From Patescibacteria group bacterium (GTDB taxonomy: Bacteria; Patescibacteriota; Patescibacteriia; Magasanikbacterales; GWA2-37-8), in the NCBI GenBank assembly GCA_028688375.1, contig JAQTYG010000001.1, positions 99,345-163,344 of the forward strand: a stretch of DNA of 64,000 nucleotides. The letters are read 5' to 3'. Below, one piece after another: positions 58,973 through 64,000 of the stretch (positions are counted from its first letter, which is position 1; each line of letters starts with the position of its first letter). The notes beneath the pieces are model-generated. The model had not been told where the DNA came from and did no database searches. It saw only the letters and a list, made by a program, of their open reading frames with translations. Made by a program: the position numbers and the translations under genes.

Positions 58973-59358
58973 TTAGGTCTTAATGCCGGAAGGTTTTCGT
59001 CCGGAACCCATGGTCTTTCTCACGTTGCCGCGCACGGTGCGAGAATTGGTTTTGGTTCTTTGCCCGCGGAGCGGTAAATGTTTCATATGGCGCACGCCAC
59101 GATAACATTTGATATCTTTCAAACGTTTGATGTTAGAACCGATGTCGCGGCGCAGGTCGCCTTCGGTTAAATAACTTTTTTCAACAATGGCGCGTAAACG
59201 ATCCTCCTCTACTTCGGTTAAATCCTTGGTGCGCTTGTCTTCGCTGATTTTGGCCTGAACTAAAATTTTCTTGGCCAGAGAGGGCCCGATACCAAAAATA
59301 TACGGCAACGAAGCGACGATTCTTTTCTCCTTGGGAATGGTAATACCGGCAATACGCA
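58973..59358 (-). CDS. rpsM: 30S ribosomal protein S13
   Basis: The true start is [13 protein letters not shown], upstream of which the ORF track extends. Has [10 protein letters not shown]...[14 protein letters not shown]. Confidence 0.85.
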
Positions 59359-59373
59359 TAAAATAGTAATTAA

Positions 59374-59487
59374 TTATCCTTGGCGCTGTTTGTGTTTCGG
59401 ATTGCTGCAAATAACATAAATCCGACCTTTGCGCCGAACCACTTTACATTTTTGACAAATTTTCTTGGCTGAAGCTCGTACTTTCAT
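59374..59487 (-). CDS. rpmJ: 50S ribosomal protein L36 (37 aa; absent from the ORF track)
   Basis: The minus strand translates to [37 protein letters not shown], a canonical L36 with its C4/C3H zinc motif. Confidence 0.9.
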   Translation of the reverse strand: MKVRASAKKICQKCKVVRRKGRIYVICSNPKHKQRQG

Positions 59488-59511
59488 ATATTATAATGAG
59501 TTCAAAAAATA

Positions 59512-59569
59512 TCAATCATTGCCGCGATATCAACGCCCTTCCGAAGAAAGACTACACCGCAATGATTGA
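59512..59569 (-). promoter_or_regulatory. 11-bp perfect inverted repeat between infA and rpmJ (possible processing or attenuator stem)
   Basis: TCAATCATTGC (59512-59522) and GCAATGATTGA (59559-59569), separated by a 36-nt loop. Confidence 0.35.
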
Positions 59570-59588
59570 TATTCTACTTATTATTTCT

Positions 59589-59804
59589 TTAAAATCGAAA
59601 GGTGATCCTGCCTTTGGTCAAATCATACGGGGTCATTTCCACTTTAACTTTGTCCCCGATGCTTAACCGAATCTTATTCAACCGCATTTTTCCGGCCAGA
59701 TGCGCGATCACTTGCTGACCGCTTTCCAATCTGACACGAAAAGTTCCCGCTGGCAACAATTCTTCAATCTTCCCCTCGATTTCAATTGTATCTTTGTTGG
59801 CCAT
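59589..59804 (-). CDS. infA: Translation initiation factor IF-1
   Basis: 71 aa; S1-like OB fold with [32 protein letters not shown]. Confidence 0.9.
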   Translation of the reverse strand: MANKDTIEIEGKIEELLPAGTFRVRLESGQQVIAHLAGKMRLNKIRLSIGDKVKVEMTPYDLTKGRITFRF

Positions 59805-59930
59805 CTTTTGGTTAAATTATGTGGGCATTTTAGCCCAAAGCTGAATAAAAGTCAAGCTGATTTGGCCGGTTTCCCGGATAACTTGTGCCGTGTGCTGATA
59901 TTTTTGCTAAAATAAGCCAAAAAAATGATG

Positions 59931-60359
59931 CTATTCAATGACGTCTCTGTTACCCGCGTCGGGCTTATTCACAGGTAACGCCGGCTGAAAAACCCGATAA
60001 ACAAAATATCGATAAAGCAAGAAATTCCAAGCCACGGCAATGGCGATATTTATTACTCTGGCCAAAAGATAATTCAGGCCCAGTCGTTCATTAAAAAACC
60101 ACATCCAAATAACAGCGATTAAATAGTTGACGCCGGCGACGCACAAAAATTTAACGGCCTGACGCGTGGTCATGCCCTGCGCCTTAAACGACCAATACTT
60201 ATTTACAAAAAAAACAAAATTCAAAAGAAAAATTTGGTTGATGATAACCGCGTAAACCGGACGCAAACCGGCGTATTCCTTAAGCGCGTATAAAGAAATA
60301 ATATCTAAAATCACCGCGCTGATGCCGGTGATAAAATATTTTATAAATTGGTGGCGCAT
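59931..60359 (-). CDS. GtrA family membrane protein
   Basis: 4 TM helices with an N-terminus (MRHQFIKYFITGISAVILDIISLYAL) typical of GtrA. Confidence 0.6.
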   Translation of the reverse strand: MRHQFIKYFITGISAVILDIISLYALKEYAGLRPVYAVIINQIFLLNFVFFVNKYWSFKAQGMTTRQAVKFLCVAGVNYLIAVIWMWFFNERLGLNYLLARVINIAIAVAWNFLLYRYFVYRVFQPALPVNKPDAGNRDVIE

Positions 60360-60394
60360 GGACCACGCCCAGCGTATAAGTTTTAAAATCATAG

Positions 60395-62245
60395 TCACGA
60401 GAGCGTCGCTTTAATCCGACGCACGCCGGCGCTAACCGCTTCTTCTTTGATAATTTTAAATTTGCCCAATACGGCGGTGTTGGCCACGTGCGGACCGCCG
60501 CAAATTTCTTTACTAAAGGCGAGCGAATTTTCCCGCGCCTCCGGCGCTTCATTCGGATCACCGACAGAATAAACTTTCACCTTAGCGCCATATTTATCTT
60601 CAAACAATCCCATAGCGCCGCCGGCTTTGGCTTCAACTACGGTTGTTCCCGCGAATGAAACCGGATAATCGCGTTTGATGGCGTAATTTACCAATTCCTC
60701 CACGCGAGATTTTTGCTCGTCGGTCATTTTTTCCGGATGCGAAAAATCAAAACGTAACCGCTCGGCGGTGATATTACTGCCCCGTTGCGCCACGTGTTCT
60801 CCCAGCACGGCGCGCAGAGCGGCATGAAGCAGATGCGTGGCCGTGTGATACTTGACCGACATTTCACCGCTATCGGCTAAACCGCCTTTAAATTTTTGCT
60901 CCGCTCCGGCGCGGGATAAATCCTGATGGGCGCGAAAGGCGTGCTCAAAACCCTCGACTTCCACCGATAAACCATTCTCATTGGCTAACTCCAAAGTCAT
61001 TTCTAAAGGAAAACCATAGGATTCATAAAGTTTAAATGCCTGTTTGCCGGAAATTTCCGTTACCCTCTCCCCTGTTTTCTCCAAAGCGATGCGGAAACCG
61101 TCTAAAAGTTTTTCAAATTCTTTCAAACCTTGTTCAATGGTATTTCTAAACTTACTCTCCTCGGCGGCTATTTCATTCAAAATGAATTCGCGGTTGCGGA
61201 GTGCTTCGGGATAAATAGCTTTAAAAATTTTAATGACTTCCTCGGCGATTTTAGAACAAAAGTTTTCCCGAATACCAAGCAAACGCCCATGGCGCACGGC
61301 TCGGCGAATTAATCGGCGAACAACATAACCTTGATCGACATTGCTCGGCGCGATACCCTTGTCGTCGCCCATAATCATGGTAGCGGCGCGCAGATGATCG
61401 GCAATAATACGCATGGAACGAACCGTCTCGGCGGATTCAACGTATTCTCTCCCTGATACGTCCTGAATTTTTTTAATAATCGGCCATAAAGTATCGACCT
61501 GGTACACGTCCTTAAAACCGTTCAGGGTAACCAGGGTGCGTTCCAGTCCCATGCCCGTATCGACGTTTTTTTGTTTTAGCGGTTCGAATTTTCCCGCCGC
61601 GTTCTTGTTGTATTGCATGAATACATTATTCCAAATTTCCAGCCAATTCTTCGAGTCATTGGCCGGATTGCTACTTTCGGGAGGGTGCGCGCCTTCGCCC
61701 TTCCACCAAAAAATTTCCGTATCCGGACCGCACGGACCGGTCTGCCCGGCCGGACTCCACCAATTATCAGCTTTGGGCAAATAAGCGATTTTGCTCTCAG
61801 GCAGGCCGAGTTCTTTCCATGCTTGCGCCGACTCGTCGTCTCGAGGCGCGTCGCCATCGCCGGCAAAAACCGTGACGGAGATTTTTTTCGGATCTAAATT
61901 GAGCCAGGCCGGCGAAGTCAAAAATTCCCAACTCCAAGCGATTGATTCTTTTTTCCAATAATCTCCCAGCGACCAGTTGCCCAGCATTTCAAAAAAAGTA
62001 CCGTGGCAATCGTCGCCGACTTCATCAATGTCATTGGTGCGAACGCATTTCTGCGTGTTCACCAAACGGTCGCCCTCGGGATGCGGCTCGCCGAGCAAAT
62101 ACGGCACCAACGGATGCATGCCGGCGGTGGTAAATAAAACCGTTGGGTCATTTTCGGGAATTAAAGAAGCCGAGGGAATAATTTTATGCCCCTTGGCCAC
62201 AAAAAAATCCAAAAATTTCTGGCGCAGTTCAACGGAAGTAATCAT
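60395..62245 (-). CDS. alaS: Alanyl-tRNA synthetase, short form (catalytic, tRNA-binding and editing domains; no C-Ala/DHHA1 tail)
   Basis: Starts FTTAGMHP; the editing domain carries HTATHLLHAALR...CGGPHV. The protein is 616 aa, against about 870 typical. Confidence 0.9.
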   Translation of the reverse strand: MITSVELRQKFLDFFVAKGHKIIPSASLIPENDPTVLFTTAGMHPLVPYLLGEPHPEGDRLVNTQKCVRTNDIDEVGDDCHGTFFEMLGNWSLGDYWKKESIAWSWEFLTSPAWLNLDPKKISVTVFAGDGDAPRDDESAQAWKELGLPESKIAYLPKADNWWSPAGQTGPCGPDTEIFWWKGEGAHPPESSNPANDSKNWLEIWNNVFMQYNKNAAGKFEPLKQKNVDTGMGLERTLVTLNGFKDVYQVDTLWPIIKKIQDVSGREYVESAETVRSMRIIADHLRAATMIMGDDKGIAPSNVDQGYVVRRLIRRAVRHGRLLGIRENFCSKIAEEVIKIFKAIYPEALRNREFILNEIAAEESKFRNTIEQGLKEFEKLLDGFRIALEKTGERVTEISGKQAFKLYESYGFPLEMTLELANENGLSVEVEGFEHAFRAHQDLSRAGAEQKFKGGLADSGEMSVKYHTATHLLHAALRAVLGEHVAQRGSNITAERLRFDFSHPEKMTDEQKSRVEELVNYAIKRDYPVSFAGTTVVEAKAGGAMGLFEDKYGAKVKVYSVGDPNEAPEARENSLAFSKEICGGPHVANTAVLGKFKIIKEEAVSAGVRRIKATLS

Positions 62246-62249
62246 AGTT

Positions 62250-62798
62250 TTAAAAACGATTTGGTTTAATCTTTAACCAATAGCCGATCAGATTAACCAG
62301 CGGATGAATTAAACCAAAAATTACCAACGCTGTCAACCAATAAATCCAACCAATATTGATATAGAAACCGGCAAAAATCAAAGCGCCGAAAATCCAATCC
62401 AATTGATCGAGCGGCACCCACGATTTTCCCGAAGCGATCCCCAGTCTTCTTTTAAAAAAACTTTTCAACAAATCACCGGCCAGAGCGCCGCCACCAAGCA
62501 ACGCCCCCAAATAAAAAATATTGATGGCGCCAAAATCGACCGGGGAAATTTGGGCTAGTCTGTCTGAAAATAACGATAGTACCCAAACCGTAAAAATCGA
62601 ACAAATAATTCCCACGAAAAAACCGCGATAAGTTTTATTGGCGCCAAAAATAGGCCGTCCGCCCCATTGTTTATTAAAATCGACCGGCGTATTTAAAAAG
62701 GGCAACCATTGAAACAGCACGGGAGCCATATTGGCCATGCCGGCCGGCAACATCAACAAAATTGTCCCTCCTATAACCAACCACATAATTTGTTTCAA
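62250..62798 (-). CDS. CDP-archaeol synthase family (CarS/DUF46-like) membrane protein
   Basis: Has ANMAPVLF...GGRPIFGANKTYRGFFVG, which matches CarS-family motifs. Confidence 0.5.
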   Translation of the reverse strand: MKQIMWLVIGGTILLMLPAGMANMAPVLFQWLPFLNTPVDFNKQWGGRPIFGANKTYRGFFVGIICSIFTVWVLSLFSDRLAQISPVDFGAINIFYLGALLGGGALAGDLLKSFFKRRLGIASGKSWVPLDQLDWIFGALIFAGFYINIGWIYWLTALVIFGLIHPLVNLIGYWLKIKPNRF

Positions 62799-62810
62799 TT
62801 AAAACCCGCA

Positions 62811-63437
62811 TTATTTCCTGACACCCATTTTTTTCCAACGCCACTGAATATAGGCCCAAAAATAGACGGACAAACCAGTGGCTAAAATATTAGACGCTAC
62901 GAGCGCATAATTTAACCATTTCAAATCCGCCGGACAATACCAGCAAAAAAGAAACGCCACCAAAACTACCGCTTTGACATAAGTAACTTTGGGGTAAGGT
63001 TTGATCAGCCAATCACTGGGAAGAAATTCTTGTTTTTTAATGATGGCCAGCAAATAAACAATGGGCAGAATGAATAAATTATAAAAAACCAAAAAAATAC
63101 TGCCGGAAAAATCTAAAATAAAAAAGAGTAAAAAACAAAATAAAATATTATCGACAAAAACATCTAAAAATTTCCCGCGATCGCTGGCTTTATTTTGATA
63201 ACGCGCCAAAGATCCATCCAACACGTCTAGAATAATAGCGGTAAGCCAAAGACCGACGGCTAAATTTTGCCGATCTGTAAAAAAATAAAAATAAACCGCC
63301 ACGATGCCTAAAATCAATCTGAAATTAGTCAGGCGGTCGGCCGTAATTTTCGCTTGAGTTAAAACAAATAAAATCGGCCTGAATAATCGGCCGCGCCAAA
63401 CTTGGGATAGAATATTGAGGCGATCAACTAAGCCCAT
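62811..63437 (-). CDS. CDP-alcohol phosphatidyltransferase family protein
   Basis: Has D-G-x2-A-R-x8-G-x3-D-x3-D, in DVLDGSLARYQNKASDRGKFLDVFVDNI. Confidence 0.7.
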   Translation of the reverse strand: MGLVDRLNILSQVWRGRLFRPILFVLTQAKITADRLTNFRLILGIVAVYFYFFTDRQNLAVGLWLTAIILDVLDGSLARYQNKASDRGKFLDVFVDNILFCFLLFFILDFSGSIFLVFYNLFILPIVYLLAIIKKQEFLPSDWLIKPYPKVTYVKAVVLVAFLFCWYCPADLKWLNYALVASNILATGLSVYFWAYIQWRWKKMGVRK

Positions 63438-63456
63438 AAAATAAAACGAGAGATAA

Positions 63457-63717
63457 TTATATTTTTTTTCTAATATCCGCTACTACATCTTTAAGCGAAT
63501 AAATCGCCCAAACTGCGTTAAGCAATACGAAGGGATAGCCTTTTGTCAATAACCCGTAATAAACCAGCAAGCCACTGCCGATTAAATTTACCAGATCATA
63601 AGCCAAATCATCATTTTTCCAAATATTGGCCTGGCCTAAAATAAAAGCCGTAAGAATGCAGGCCATGCCTAAAATTCCAATAATCAAAGTAAAGTCCATA
63701 CTAAATAATTTCGCCAC
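63457..63717 (-). CDS. Hypothetical small membrane protein (86 aa, 2-3 TM helices)
   Basis: Hydrophobic ORF between mnmA and the phospholipid genes. Confidence 0.35.
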   Translation of the reverse strand: MAKLFSMDFTLIIGILGMACILTAFILGQANIWKNDDLAYDLVNLIGSGLLVYYGLLTKGYPFVLLNAVWAIYSLKDVVADIRKKI

Positions 63718-64000
63718 CGCCTAAGCATTCACCTTTCGAGTAAAATACGGCAAACTGCCCAGGCGTCACCGCCCGTTGGGGCTTATTAAAGACGACACGA
63801 TTTTTCTTTACCACGCACTGCTGCAATGGCTGCCGATGACGCAATCTCACTTCACATTTTAGCGGAAATTTAGGCGCGCGTCCAGCAATCCAATTGATAT
63901 TTTTTACTTCGATCTCTTTCTTATACAGCAAAACGTCATTCTCGTGGCCAACAATCAATTCGTTCTTGGCCATATTTTTCGCCACCACATAAAACGGTTT
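63701..64000 (-). CDS. mnmA: tRNA-specific 2-thiouridylase MnmA, C-terminal part (gene continues past the window end)
   Basis: The C-terminal beta-barrel motifs are ...VTPGQFAVFYSKGECLGGGEII. Confidence 0.7.
   Translation of the reverse strand, partial: KPFYVVAKNMAKNELIVGHENDVLLYKKEIEVKNINWIAGRAPKFPLKCEVRLRHRQPLQQCVVKKNRVVFNKPQRAVTPGQFAVFYSKGECLGGGEII

Overview
The window is a 64 kb stretch of a small, gene-dense bacterial genome. From gene content I infer it belongs to the Candidate Phyla Radiation (Patescibacteria): short ribosomal proteins with lysine-rich tails, an alpha subunit of RNA polymerase without its C-terminal domain, an alanyl-tRNA synthetase missing its C-terminal domain, a CDP-archaeol-synthase-like protein, and a protein of the kind usually found in 23S rRNA intervening sequences.

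Most of the window is housekeeping genes in tightly packed operons. Reading left to right:
- A partial class II aminoacyl-tRNA synthetase C-terminus, then thiI and a minimal Fe-S cluster (ISC-like) assembly operon (Rrf2 regulator, iscS, iscU/nifU, ferredoxin).
- rsmI, metG, a CvpA-like membrane protein, a MEMO-CapA fusion lipoprotein, a 631-aa unknown protein and tatD.
- A complete F-type ATP synthase operon (atpZ-like, atpB, E, F, H, A, G, D, C) behind a near-consensus sigma70-type promoter.
- A UvrD-type helicase fused to a Cas4/AddB-like Fe-S nuclease, followed by a DUF721 protein.
- mreB, mreC, mreD and PBP2, then greA.
- lysS, serS, alr and an FtsQ-like protein behind a consensus promoter.
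- cspA, an M23 peptidase, gltX, wecG/tagA and clpB.
- A D-Ala-D-Ala carboxypeptidase-family protein, a LigB-like protein, priA, def and fmt.
- A polysaccharide cluster: O-antigen ligase/polymerase-like protein, GT2 and GT4 glycosyltransferases, flippase.
- A ribosomal/transcription cluster on the minus strand: rpsI, rplM, rplQ, rpoA, rpsD, rpsK, rpsM, rpmJ, infA.
- A GtrA-like protein, alaS, a CDP-archaeol-synthase-family protein, a CDP-alcohol phosphatidyltransferase and a partial mnmA.

The non-housekeeping material is what deserves a second look:
- Three AT-rich islets: a four-helix-bundle gene flanked by inverted repeats inside the atp operon, an HNH endonuclease plus tyrosine recombinase pair, and a lone radical SAM enzyme with a candidate 28-aa peptide ORF upstream.
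- A 47-aa cysteine-rich, metallothionein-like ORF that is absent from the ORF track.
- A family of short repeat motifs in both orientations, about 4.4 kb apart, bracketing wecG, clpB, a structured RNA candidate and a small secreted protein.
- A CIRCE-like HrcA operator in the clpB leader.
- A PriA homolog that lacks a Walker A motif.

I found no tRNA, rRNA or CRISPR array in the window.
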